Part shown: one piece after another, positions 18,256-28,170 of the stretch
Position numbering within the stretch: the first letter of the stretch is position 1
How the letters are laid out: every line of letters begins with the position of its first letter
From: Candidatus Bathyarchaeota archaeon
GTDB lineage: Archaea; Thermoproteota; Bathyarchaeia; Bathyarchaeales; Bathycorpusculaceae
Direction: 5' to 3'
DNA length: 64,000 bases
Assembly: GCA_963767735.1 (NCBI GenBank)
Contig: CAVYES010000002.1
Span: 32,001 to 96,000, forward strand
Notes under the pieces: generated by a model
What the model was told of the DNA's origin: nothing
Databases searched by the model: none
The model's input: the letters and a program-made list of their open reading frames with translations, nothing else
Program-made: the position numbers and the translations under genes

Positions 18256-19911
18256 TTATTCACTCAACTGTCTACGCAAAATGTTCTCTAAACGAACTAA
18301 AATCTCTTTGCTTGTTTCCACATCAGCATCAACAAAATCAAAGTCTAAACCCTTTGCACTGCACGCTAATCTGCATGCATCTTTAACGGTGTTCTTCCAA
18401 AGTTTAGGGTCATTAAACAAAACAACACTAGCATATGATGTTCGCATGATGTATTGATGGGTTTGGTTTGCGACATAGTCTACCGTTTCCATGTCAAGAG
18501 GCAAAGCAGCCTCGTGCTGACTGAGCGGGTAAACTTCGTCAAGCTCCAACGGAACCACTCCGAAGGGAGCGGAGTAAACGCAAACATGAATTTTCGAAGC
18601 CACCTCTTCGCCCAAACAGCGGAAAAGATGCCTGATCTTCTTAAACTCAGGCGCTCTATGAAACGGTTTATTCCTTGTTTGCGGCACAAGCAAAAGAACC
18701 TTCGCACATTTTGGCGGGTCATATCGTGCGTTTAATCGTTTGCGGTAATGGGTTATTTCTGGACGCACAAGACCAACAGAATCGAAATAGAAGAAGCCGT
18801 TGCTCTTCACCGTTGGACTGTAGTTTTCAAGAAAATCATCGTGACCCTGTAATCGTTTTAATGCTGAAAGCAACGCTGGATGACCGTGAACCCGCATTTC
18901 TGTATGCTCCCAAAGCCTGCCATTCTTTATCGCTTGTTTAATGCGCTTAAGCTCCGCTTGGCAGACGTAGAGGTTATGTTCAGCTAAGAAGACTTCCCGC
19001 TCTTTCTTCTCTTTTCTCTCCAGTCCTCTCGGGGTCTCCGTTGAGCATCGGGGGCAGCAGCATGGAAAATAATCCATCTCCTCAAGCCGCCATGTACCGT
19101 TCTCAGTCATGTAACGGTTTTCCCTAGCGTACAGCGCGTAAGCGGCCGAATCGAAAAGGTCGCAGCCCAAAGCTACAGCCAACGAGAACATTGCGGGGTG
19201 CCCTGCGCCAAACAGGTGCAGCGGACGCTCAATTGGCAAGCGCTTTTTCGCGGTTAATATCATGTCGGCTAAAACATCATAGCGGTAGCTTTCCATAACC
19301 TCGGTTGGGCTTCCAAGGGCGTGGATTTGGAAGGGCAGTTTTCCCATTTCAAGCGCCGAGTTCGCAACCAGGTCTAGGTGTCTTCCGCCTTGTATTGGTC
19401 CAACCCATAAAATGTCGTCCCGCGTCTTAGTTTTAAAGAAATCCTTTGCTCTGTGTAGGGTTTCAGCCACTGTGCCTTGGGCTTGTTCTTTGGTTACTCT
19501 CCAGCCTGTGGGTATGTCAAGCATAGTGGCGATGTCGCTGCCGATGCCTTCTTGGTAAGCAACAATTTCTTTTTGGCTAACATCCACTTCTCCGTAAACG
19601 AGGATTTGATAGGCTCCTGAATCAGTCATTACTGCCCCGTCAAAGTCCAGAAATTTATGCAAGCCCTCGTTGACAGGTCTGTCGTCATAGCGTTTTTTGA
19701 GTATGTAAGCGTTAGTTATAACTGCTTCAAAACCAAACGTCTCCTTAAGTCTTCTAGGCGAAACAAGCTGAACGCTTGGGTTAATTACCGGAAACAAGAG
19801 AGGAGTTTCCACTGTTCCACTTTTAGTTTTAAGCTTGCCTATTCTGCCAAGCAAGTCTTTTTCTTTAATTTCGAAACTCAAGCTGAAACCTAAACAAGAA
19901 TCACACCTCAA
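18256..19911 (-). CDS. tgtA: archaeosine tRNA-guanine(15) transglycosylase (start probably TTG at ~19881)
   Basis: GRIGKL, ETP, ITNAY, MTDSGAYQ, LDIPT, HLFGAGHP, DLFDSAAY and the Zn site C.C..C...HNL. Confidence 0.95.
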   Translation of the reverse strand: MRCDSCLGFSLSFEIKEKDLLGRIGKLKTKSGTVETPLLFPVINPSVQLVSPRRLKETFGFEAVITNAYILKKRYDDRPVNEGLHKFLDFDGAVMTDSGAYQILVYGEVDVSQKEIVAYQEGIGSDIATMLDIPTGWRVTKEQAQGTVAETLHRAKDFFKTKTRDDILWVGPIQGGRHLDLVANSALEMGKLPFQIHALGSPTEVMESYRYDVLADMILTAKKRLPIERPLHLFGAGHPAMFSLAVALGCDLFDSAAYALYARENRYMTENGTWRLEEMDYFPCCCPRCSTETPRGLERKEKKEREVFLAEHNLYVCQAELKRIKQAIKNGRLWEHTEMRVHGHPALLSALKRLQGHDDFLENYSPTVKSNGFFYFDSVGLVRPEITHYRKRLNARYDPPKCAKVLLLVPQTRNKPFHRAPEFKKIRHLFRCLGEEVASKIHVCVYSAPFGVVPLELDEVYPLSQHEAALPLDMETVDYVANQTHQYIMRTSYASVVLFNDPKLWKNTVKDACRLACSAKGLDFDFVDADVETSKEILVRLENILRRQLSE

Positions 19912-20033
19912 TTATAAAAAACACTAGCCTCAAAATCATATGAAGATTGCAAACAAAAGTAATGGCCACATTTTGATTAGGCAACCTTATATCGCATTAA
20001 TTTGTCTAATACCGACAATAGAGATGCTGAAGC

Positions 20034-20786
20034 ATGGTTTGCTCAATCGACATAAGTGAAAAGCCAAAACTAAACGATCCGATTCTGATTGAAGGTTTGC
20101 CTGGCATAGGATTTGTGGCGAACATTGCCGCGCTGCATTTGATACGGGAGCTAAAAGCTAAACGGTTCGTCCAAATTTTTTCCTCATCATTTCAAGATTT
20201 TGCTGTAACAACTGAAGATGGCGGAGCGCTCTCGCCCATAAATGAGCTCTATTACGTGAAGCGGGAGGATGGCGGTCGCGACTTGATTATTTGGTATGGA
20301 AATACGCAGGCGCTGACAACAGTTGGGCAATATGAGCTTGTTGGTAGAGTGCTTGATTTAGCGCAGGAGTTTGGCTGCCGCTTTGTAATATCCATCGGCG
20401 GCTTCAAGAAAGATGAGGCGCAGCCTATACCAGCGATTTACAGTACAGCCACGGATTTGGATACGATGCAGGAGGCTCTTGATTTAGGAACTAAAGTGAT
20501 GGTTGGTCACGTTTTCGGTATCGCTGGCTTATCCGTTGGTTTAGCCGGCATTAGGGACTTGAAGGGTTTCTCTTTGCTGGTTGACACGCCAGGGATGGAT
20601 CCTGACGCTAACGCAGCAAGGTACGCGCTAACTGTGCTTGGTAAATATTTGAAGCTTAACGTGGACTTGTCGGGGCTTGAAGAAACCGGTGCCGAGATAA
20701 AGAAGGTTTTAGAGTCTTTTGGGATTGTTAGAACCATAACAGAAGAAAAGAAGAAAGAGGAAGAGCAACTGCGCTGGTTTATTTAG
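20034..20786 (+). CDS. PAC2 family proteasome assembly chaperone
   Basis: IEGLPGIGFVA...GQYEL...SIGG...GIAGL...DANAA. Confidence 0.9.
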   Translation: MVCSIDISEKPKLNDPILIEGLPGIGFVANIAALHLIRELKAKRFVQIFSSSFQDFAVTTEDGGALSPINELYYVKREDGGRDLIIWYGNTQALTTVGQYELVGRVLDLAQEFGCRFVISIGGFKKDEAQPIPAIYSTATDLDTMQEALDLGTKVMVGHVFGIAGLSVGLAGIRDLKGFSLLVDTPGMDPDANAARYALTVLGKYLKLNVDLSGLEETGAEIKKVLESFGIVRTITEEKKKEEEQLRWFI

Positions 20787-21205
20787 GCTTTGACTTCGCT
20801 CATGAATTGTTCGTATACTTTTTGCACTCGCTCAGCGGCTGGACCTGAACCTTCAACCACGCCTTTTTCTGTTAGTTTCACTTTATCCATTACCCAGATG
20901 AAACCCTTGTCATCATATAATTTAACCATGGTTGGGAAGACTTTTTCAAGTCTGTTAGCTAAGGCTTTAAGGTCGAAGGGTTTTTCTGCGCTTGAGATTT
21001 GAGCAACCACGTTTCCGTTTAGGAAAACTCGGTGAAGCAAAGTTCCAAGTTCGTCTTTTGCATCAGCTAGGCAAAGGCTCATATTATCCTGGTTAATGCC
21101 GATTAGTGTACCGTTGAATATTTTTCCAGTAATTGTCGCCACAGACACGGTTTTATCTGCTAGGGCTGCGACTTCGGTGAAATACTTTCTTTGCGCTACA
21201 GACAA
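20783..21205 (-). CDS. Lsm/Sm-like RNA-binding protein with C-terminal extension (SmAP3-like)
   Basis: Sm fold (KTVSV..GKIFNGTL.G..MSLCLADA..VFLNG) plus an FDLKALA...GSGPAAERV domain; TTG start after GGAG. Confidence 0.8.
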   Translation of the reverse strand: MSVAQRKYFTEVAALADKTVSVATITGKIFNGTLIGINQDNMSLCLADAKDELGTLLHRVFLNGNVVAQISSAEKPFDLKALANRLEKVFPTMVKLYDDKGFIWVMDKVKLTEKGVVEGSGPAAERVQKVYEQFMSEVKA

Positions 21206-21514
21206 GTTTATTTCTCCTTTAACGTAACGAGATTGCACTACCACTATTTATCTTTGATTTAAATAGTACACGTAGAACTCCAGCTTAAAATTTTTAATTG
21301 ACCTTCGAGACTCAATAACCTGATCAATAATCTTATTGCATTCAACTTCCCTTGGCAAAACCCATTTCAATGCGTTTCCTTTTGGTAAAAAAATGATAGC
21401 CAATGCTCAAAGTCACCTATAAATTTTACATCCTGACTTTTTGATAAACTATACTTCAGGTGGGCAAACTGGTCGCATGAGTGCAGGTTCAATTCCGATG
21501 TGATTTTCCCGCGG

Positions 21515-21858
21515 GATTTTTTTCTTTGTGTTTTGGGTTGCTTTTTTGAATCAAAGCTTAAATCTTTAACAGATAGTGTGTTTATTTGTGCCAATTTGAG
21601 CCTATTTGTCCATTTTGTGCCATTTTGTGTCGAATTGTGTCTGGAATCGTAAGTGAAGGATAGGGGGTTAGGATGCCGTTAAGTAGAAAAGTTAATTTTA
21701 AAACCACTTTAAAAAGAAGGAATCTCTTGCAGGTTCCAAATGTAATTAGATGGGAATTCAAATTAGAACCCACCCAACTCCCAACAGTATCCGTCCGCCT
21801 GTTCGGGCTACCAATAAGCTGTTTGCCCGATAGACCACTTTTTTTAAAAAAAAAATAG
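21515..21858 (+). repeat. dispersed element copy 2: leader (~21515-21570), about six 10-bp repeats WTTTGTGYCN (21584-21642) and AbrB-like ORF
   Basis: GTTTTGGGTTGCTTTTTTGAATCAAAGCTTAAATC is nearly identical to 1591-1625. Confidence 0.8.
21673..21858 (+). pseudogene. AbrB/MazE-like small DNA-binding protein, degenerate C-terminus
   Basis: MPLSRKVNFKTTLKRRNLLQVPNVIRWEFKLEP resembles the swapped-hairpin pattern (..QVP..IR....L). Confidence 0.55.
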
Positions 21859-21865
21859 TTTTAAT

Positions 21866-22183
21866 TTACGATTGTTTATCGCCGAAGATTTCAAAGAAGC
21901 CCTTCATTTTCCAGTAAGTATCGAGGAATTCTAAGCCTCGCGGAGTGGCAAAATAGAGGCTTTGTTGGTCGGCTGTGAGTTTTCTTACTAAGCCGTATTC
22001 GGATAAAGCATCAAGTATTTTTCTTAGGCGATCAACGGGTGTACCTACGCCATAGGAGATGCGTGTGATTTTGCCGCCTTCAGGGTAACGAATAAGCACC
22101 TCAAGCACTTGAGCGTAAAGATCAGTTTTGGAACGCTTAACACTTGGCTCTCTCATCAATGGTTCTCCAGCAACATCCTTCAA
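21866..22183 (-). CDS. winged-helix transcriptional regulator
   Basis: KRSKTDLYAQVLE...ITRISYGV...L.EYGLV...YFATPRGLEFL. Confidence 0.85.
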   Translation of the reverse strand: MKDVAGEPLMREPSVKRSKTDLYAQVLEVLIRYPEGGKITRISYGVGTPVDRLRKILDALSEYGLVRKLTADQQSLYFATPRGLEFLDTYWKMKGFFEIFGDKQS

Positions 22184-23475
22184 AGCGGCGGATCGGGCAA
22201 TTTCTCAACTTTCTTCGCGGGCTCACTTACCGCTGCTCCAAAGTCAACTTTTAGCTCGTCGGTGTAGGTTATTTGTTCTGCAGCGGAACCCTGCTCCAAC
22301 GTTACCCTGCCAGCAAAAATGCGGCCCGCTCTACACATCGGACCAACCACAGCCTCAGACGCGTAAATATCTTCAACGATAGTTCCTGCTCCAGCTGCCG
22401 CCAAATTACCCCACCAACCGCCAAAGCTCAAATCCGCGTTTTTACCTACATGCACCTGCTCACCAACCAAGACTCCTTCAAATCGGGTGCCACTGCGCAC
22501 CCTAACGACTTTGGCCTTTAGACCCTGTTTTGCCTCTATTTTGCCGCTGACATCTGCTTCTTCCCGAACAGTAATCTTGTTTGCTGTAAATTTTCCGCTT
22601 ACTCGCATGTGTCCGCTTTCAAAGTCGTGAACTATCTCTGTTACGCCATTGCCTTCAAATCGGTCGGAGACGACGAGTGAGCCAGCTATCGAGAGTTTTC
22701 CGCCTAACTCAATTTTCTGCGCTTGGCAGTCGCCGCGTAATTCAATGACTCCTCCAGCGTGAATATAGTCGCAGGTTAGGTTTCCGTCAACCTCAAGTTT
22801 GCCAAAAGTTGATATCTTGCGTCCTTTGCAGCCTGCGGGTAGCCAGCCTCTGCCATAGACCATAAGTTCGCCGAATTCCAGGGGTTTGGTGCTGCTGAAT
22901 TTTCCGCCGACCCGAATGCTCCCCACGATGGATCCTCCGCCCACATCAACTTCACCGCCTACGTCAAGGTCACCGATTTTGACTATGCCCAGAGCAACTA
23001 CTTTGCCGCCAACTCGAACACTTAACGCTTCAAAGGTACCTTGGATGTTTGCACGTCCGCCAACTCTGATCCTGTCGCATTTGATTACTCCGGCTTCTAC
23101 TTTTCCGCCCACATCGATTTCAGATGCGTTGATTGCGCCGCTGACTTTCACTGAGTGACTAACACTGAGTTGCTTATGAACTGTCAAATTACCAGTTACT
23201 TCTAGTTTGCCGGCGTATCGACCGGTTATTTCGAGTCGTGCCCTGTTAGAGCCCCCTCGAATATCTTTTAATTTGGAGAGAAAAATCTCCGATTGAACAG
23301 AGTCACATTCAAGATCACAGTTCACATAGGCTTTACCCTCCAAGTAGACGCCTCCAGTGACGACGACGTTTTTGCCGTTGCTGGCTTCGATGGTTGCATT
23401 GTTGCCTACCCTAAGCTCGCCCTCTACTACGTCAACTTTGACGGTTTGTCCCCGTGGAATACGTAAATCTGACAT
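22180..23475 (-). CDS. bactofilin-like / polymer-forming beta-solenoid protein
   Basis: Dense (I/V)xVGG / xGxLxV repeats across 431 aa. Confidence 0.65.
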   Translation of the reverse strand: MSDLRIPRGQTVKVDVVEGELRVGNNATIEASNGKNVVVTGGVYLEGKAYVNCDLECDSVQSEIFLSKLKDIRGGSNRARLEITGRYAGKLEVTGNLTVHKQLSVSHSVKVSGAINASEIDVGGKVEAGVIKCDRIRVGGRANIQGTFEALSVRVGGKVVALGIVKIGDLDVGGEVDVGGGSIVGSIRVGGKFSSTKPLEFGELMVYGRGWLPAGCKGRKISTFGKLEVDGNLTCDYIHAGGVIELRGDCQAQKIELGGKLSIAGSLVVSDRFEGNGVTEIVHDFESGHMRVSGKFTANKITVREEADVSGKIEAKQGLKAKVVRVRSGTRFEGVLVGEQVHVGKNADLSFGGWWGNLAAAGAGTIVEDIYASEAVVGPMCRAGRIFAGRVTLEQGSAAEQITYTDELKVDFGAAVSEPAKKVEKLPDPPL

Positions 23476-23549
23476 GGTTTTTAGTATCTCTCCTGTGCTT
23501 TTAAGGGTGATTCACTTTGCGTTACTAACATCATTTTATGCGCCTCTCT

Positions 23550-24410
23550 TTACTCGGCTTTTAATGCTCTTTGAGCAATCAAGTATCCGATCACCGCAAG
23601 CACAACGGCAAAGACAGCTAGGTACAGCATATTCCAACCCACAGTTGACAGTTGAACTGACGAAAGAGTCCCGTTCACTATTAGTAGCCTGGCGGTTTCA
23701 ACAGCTTTCGTTACCGGATTAACTTCTGCTATGGCTTTAAGCCAGCTCGGGAAAGTTCCAAGCGGAAACATTGCACTGCTCATGAACACCAACGGAAATG
23801 CTAAGAAATTGCATATGGCGACAAGTGAATCAACATTTTTTACCGCAAAAGCAAATGAAGTAAAGAGGCAACCGAACGCAAACGTGACGAGCCCAAAGGC
23901 AACAAAGATGCCTAAGAAGTTAAGCACACCAAAACCCGCTCCAACCTGCAAGCCGTTTGGAAGCAACGCAGCAACAATAAATGCCAAGAGCGCTATGAAC
24001 ATTGCTTTCACAAAGTTCTGCAAGGCGCCCGAAAAGAAAATTGACGCTCTGGATATCGGTGCACTCAACAGTGAGTTGAGGTAGCCTAATTGGCGGTCAA
24101 GAACTATGTCGATTCCGCCGTAAGCCATGTTAATTATAACTATGAACGCGATTACGCCAGCCGTTATGAAAGTTATGTAGTTTGCTGCACCTCCAAACAC
24201 TGAACCTATCGCAGACTTAATCTGCCCAACTAAAACAGGCGACAGGGGCGTGCCTCCGATTTTCGAAGGCACAAGGTTAACTGGGTTAAATGAGCTCCCG
24301 AAAAGAGCCAGCCAAAACACTGCCATAAATAATCCCGGCATAATCGCGGCTGGGTTGCGAATCCACTTCTTCAAAGAACGCGCAGTCAACGCGAATGTGT
24401 CGCTGAACAT
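23550..24410 (-). CDS. ABC-2 type exporter permease (DrrB-like)
   Basis: Six TM helices; DRQLGYL..LLSAPISR, FMSSAMFP and NPVT. Confidence 0.92.
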   Translation of the reverse strand: MFSDTFALTARSLKKWIRNPAAIMPGLFMAVFWLALFGSSFNPVNLVPSKIGGTPLSPVLVGQIKSAIGSVFGGAANYITFITAGVIAFIVIINMAYGGIDIVLDRQLGYLNSLLSAPISRASIFFSGALQNFVKAMFIALLAFIVAALLPNGLQVGAGFGVLNFLGIFVAFGLVTFAFGCLFTSFAFAVKNVDSLVAICNFLAFPLVFMSSAMFPLGTFPSWLKAIAEVNPVTKAVETARLLIVNGTLSSVQLSTVGWNMLYLAVFAVVLAVIGYLIAQRALKAE

Positions 24411-24411
24411 T

Positions 24412-25407
24412 TTACTTCAACCTCTCAATAAGAACACGCTGCCCATACGAGTCGCCGATTGCTGCTCCATCACGCATCGTATCGCCAGTGATTTGCAAGA
24501 AAACTTGATCCAATGTCGGCTTAGATAACGCGATGTCAGAAATTTTGAGACCTTTCTTGGTAATAGTTTCAACAATAGCAGGTAAAGCTGTTTCAGTCCG
24601 AGTGAGCTTAATTTTGTAGGTTTTGCCTTCTTTTGCTGCATCTGTAACATCTGGGATTCCGTTCAGCAGGCTGGATATGTCAGCACTGCCCGTGAGTTGT
24701 AGAGTCAGAATGGTGCCGCCTAGTTTGGCTTTTAGTTCTGAAGGTGAACCTGACAGCTTGATTACTCCGTTGTCTATGATTGCGATTCTATTACATAGCG
24801 AGTCAGCTTCCTCCAAGTAATGCGTCGTCATAAACACGGTTATGCCTTGTTCGCGGTTAAGGTCTCGAATGTAAGTCCACATTTTCTGTCTCGTCTGAAT
24901 ATCCAGCCCCAATGTTGGTTCATCCAAAAAAAGTATTTTCGGGTCGTGAATAAGTCCCATTGCAAGTTGCAGCCGCCTTCGCATTCCGCCCGAATAAGTT
25001 TTAACCTGCCTTGACGCGGCACCTTCAAGCTCCAAAAGCTCAAGCAGCTCTTTACCCTTCTTGCGCGCTACGTCGCTTGGAACATGATGCAGCTTCGCGG
25101 AGAGAGATAGATTTTCAACGCCTTTCAATTCGTCATCTGCTGTAAGCTCCTGAGGAACTACTCCAATGGTTTTGCGGACAGCACCTGGGTTTTTGCCGAC
25201 GTCGTAGCCTGCCACTGACGCTTGGCCCTCAGTTGCGGAAGCCAAGGTGGTAAGCATTTTGATTGTTGTGGTTTTTCCTGCCCCGTTTGGTCCTATAAAA
25301 CCGAAAAGTTTGCCTTCTTCCACCGAAAAAGAGATGTGGTTGACGGCTTTGATGGTTTTCTTGTAAGTTTTAGTGAGGTTTACAGCCTCAATTATGTTGG
25401 TTTTCAT
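24412..25407 (-). CDS. ABC exporter ATP-binding protein (DrrA-like)
   Basis: GPNGAGKTT, YSGGMRRRL, LDEPT and TTHYLEEA. Confidence 0.95.
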   Translation of the reverse strand: MKTNIIEAVNLTKTYKKTIKAVNHISFSVEEGKLFGFIGPNGAGKTTTIKMLTTLASATEGQASVAGYDVGKNPGAVRKTIGVVPQELTADDELKGVENLSLSAKLHHVPSDVARKKGKELLELLELEGAASRQVKTYSGGMRRRLQLAMGLIHDPKILFLDEPTLGLDIQTRQKMWTYIRDLNREQGITVFMTTHYLEEADSLCNRIAIIDNGVIKLSGSPSELKAKLGGTILTLQLTGSADISSLLNGIPDVTDAAKEGKTYKIKLTRTETALPAIVETITKKGLKISDIALSKPTLDQVFLQITGDTMRDGAAIGDSYGQRVLIERLK

Positions 25408-25641
25408 TTGAATCGTTCCTTTTAGTGGACGTTGCTTGCGGACGATAAATAGTCAGTTCACTGTGGGTAATCACAAAAAGACATCACAATAAGATACTAT
25501 CCCTATTGGGATTCAGTCAAACGCATTATCTTAATCGAAACTTCGACTTTCAAGTATTGAAAAAAACAAAATAGAAATGGCAAGCATCAATGAAAAAAAC
25601 TCTTTAGGCGGTTTGATTAGCAGCTAAAAGGTTTTTTTAAA

Positions 25642-26769
25642 TCATACGCATGATATAGCCTCAGAGATACCTGCGATCTTGTAAACATAGTGCAAATGAA
25701 CAACTTTCTTAACCATTAGAGCAAGTTTTCCCTCGACTTTTACGCCGGCAACTCGTCCAATGCCGTATCTTTCGCCGACTGCTAAGATTAGTCCGTTGAA
25801 GTTAGGAACATAAGTCGTCCTTTTTGCTCCAGTCAAATCAGCAAACAAATTCTTTGATACAGCGTCAGCTTGCTGAAGAGCAATCTCAATGCATTGAGGA
25901 AGGGGTTCTCCAGTTTTGGAGTCAAGGACAAGTGCGCAGTCCCCAACGACGTAGACTCCTGGAAAACCAACAGCTTCGCAGTACTCATTTATCATAACTC
26001 TTTTGCCTTTGCCGGTTTTCAATCCACTTTCAGCAACTACTCTTGAAGCTTGAACTCCAAACGTCCAAATGAAAAGAGAACAGCCCATTTGGCTACCATC
26101 GCTCAAAACAGCAGCATCTGACTTAATTTCAACGACGGATTTGTTGAAAACCATTTTGGCTCCCATGTCCTCGAGAACCTTAGCGACCTTGCCTGAAAAT
26201 TCTGGGATTCCCCAGTTCGGAAGCAACATGCTAGCGCCCTCAATTAGGGTAACGCAGCATTTTAGTTCATCAGCGATTTCGCCTGCCAACTCAACTCCCG
26301 TGAATCCTCCACCGCCAACTATGACATTGATATCTTTTTCTTGCGCCCGAAGTTTCTTTAGTTCATCCCTAATTCTTACAGCAGACTCTATTGAACAGAC
26401 GCAGAAGGCGTTTTCGGCGCCTTTAATGTTATAAAAGTTGGGTTCACTGCCAAGCGCGATTACAAGTTCAGAATAGGGTAAATCTCCTTTGTCTGTGTGC
26501 ACAGTTTTCTGGCTTAAGTCAATGCGTTCCACTGTTGCTTGGTGAAACTGAATTTTCCTTTTTTCCAGCAGTTCGCTTAAGGGGATGACAACATCTTCAG
26601 CTTTCTTGACGCCTGTGACAATCTCGTATGAGAGATGTAGATACTGGTGAAAATCGTTCCTGTCAACCAGTATTACATTTACGTCTTGTAAATTTCGAGT
26701 GTTTTCTTCCAGTTGAAGCGCGGTCATCAATCCGCCATAACCTGCTCCAAGAACTACTATCTGCTGCAA
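25642..26769 (-). CDS. NDH-2-like NAD(P)/FAD-dependent oxidoreductase
   Basis: VLGAGYGG, ALGS, GGGFTGVELAGE and VYVVGD. Confidence 0.9.
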   Translation of the reverse strand: MQQIVVLGAGYGGLMTALQLEENTRNLQDVNVILVDRNDFHQYLHLSYEIVTGVKKAEDVVIPLSELLEKRKIQFHQATVERIDLSQKTVHTDKGDLPYSELVIALGSEPNFYNIKGAENAFCVCSIESAVRIRDELKKLRAQEKDINVIVGGGGFTGVELAGEIADELKCCVTLIEGASMLLPNWGIPEFSGKVAKVLEDMGAKMVFNKSVVEIKSDAAVLSDGSQMGCSLFIWTFGVQASRVVAESGLKTGKGKRVMINEYCEAVGFPGVYVVGDCALVLDSKTGEPLPQCIEIALQQADAVSKNLFADLTGAKRTTYVPNFNGLILAVGERYGIGRVAGVKVEGKLALMVKKVVHLHYVYKIAGISEAISCV

Positions 26770-26887
26770 AATTGATTCCTCATTAGAAAAAAAGGTTCGC
26801 GAGCTTTATTTAGGTACCCACTCTTGTTCGATCTGTCCTCCTTGTGGTACCATTCGGGTTTTCGGCGTTTCTGAAAGATATGCTCTT

Positions 26888-28170
26888 TTAACTTTTCTTT
26901 TCGTGTATTTCGCAGTTCTGCTTTAGAAAAGCCATCGAGTTAGCGGGTAAATCGCGTTCAATCATTAAGTTTGGTCCTACCCAACTGTTCACGCCAACCT
27001 TCACGCCGGGCATAAACAGCGACTTAATCCCCGTCTTCACGTTGTCGCCAAGAACTGCCCCCAGTTTGCGTCTGCCCAGTATTGATAAGTTGGTCTTTTA
27101 CCATCATTTTAATTGCGCCAGCGTCTAAACGGTAATTAGCCATGACGGTACCTGCGCCCAAGTTGCAGATGTTCGCCAAGGATACTGTCGCCAACATACG
27201 ATAAGTGTCCAACGTGAGTGTGGTCCATGATGATGCTGTTTTTTATTTCGCAAGCGTTGCCTACCCGCACACTTCTGCCTAAACTGGTGCCCGACCGAAT
27301 GTAACAGTTTGGTCCCACGTCGCATTCTTCATCTATAAAGGCTGGTCCTTCAATGTATGCGCCTGAGCGGATGCGGGCAGACTCCGCAACAAAAACTGGG
27401 CCGATGAGGTGTGCTCCCTGTTCTATCTTGCCTAAAACTTGGGGCTCCATACGTTTCAAAGCCCAGTTGTTAGCATCCAGCAAATCCCATGGTCTGCCAA
27501 CATCAAACCAGTCATCTTTAGAAAGTTCACAAGCCAAAACCGTTTTGCAGTCTTTAGCCAGCAAAGTTACAGCGTCAGTGAGTTCCCATTCGCCGCGCTC
27601 GGAAGCTTCTGTTTGCTTTATCTTATCAAAAATCTCTTTAGAAAAAACATATACGCCCGCGTTAGCGAAGTTAGACGGCGCTTTGCCAGCAGCAGGCTTC
27701 TCTACAATGCGTTTAACCTTTTTTTCTTCGTCTAACTCGATAATTCCGTAGCTTTCAGATTTATCAACCTGAACATACCCCATAACACCCGCAGTTTTTT
27801 CGCTCTTGTACAACTGTAAAACGTTCTTTACAGCATCTAAGCCAAACAACAAGTCGCCGTAAACAACAACAAAATCATCATCCACAAACGGTTCAGCTGC
27901 AGCAACGGCGTTTCCTGTGCCAAGCACCTTTTTTTGCTCAACATAAGTTATTTTTAAACCAAGTTTTTCGCCGTCGCCGAAGTATTGGCGAATAGCATCG
28001 CCCATGTAATGCGTAACAATTATTGCCTCGGTTATTCCTGCGTTTTTTACTGCTTCCAAGCAGAACTGCAGAATCGGTTTTCCGCCAACCTTAATCAAAT
28101 GCTTAGGACGCGTCGCCGTTATGGGCAAAAGCCTGATGCCTTCGCCGGCAGCAAGTAATACAGCTTTCAT
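26888..28170 (-). CDS. glmU: bifunctional sugar-1-phosphate nucleotidylyltransferase/acetyltransferase; frameshifts near 27165 and 27025
   Basis: LAAGEG.RL.P....PK, hexapeptide repeats and HLSYVGDS. It continues CNLGAGT..AN.R.D...GRRKLG and then PGVKVG to a stop at 26888. Confidence 0.9.

Noticed and set aside
21481-21500. tRNA T-loop-like GCAGGTTCAATTCC
   Set aside because: Only 2 bp of T-stem can form, and no acceptor, D or anticodon arms are found.
26888-28170. programmed frameshifting or true pseudogenisation of glmU
   Set aside because: No slippery heptamer at the shift sites, and similar indels occur throughout the window, so sequencing error is more parsimonious.
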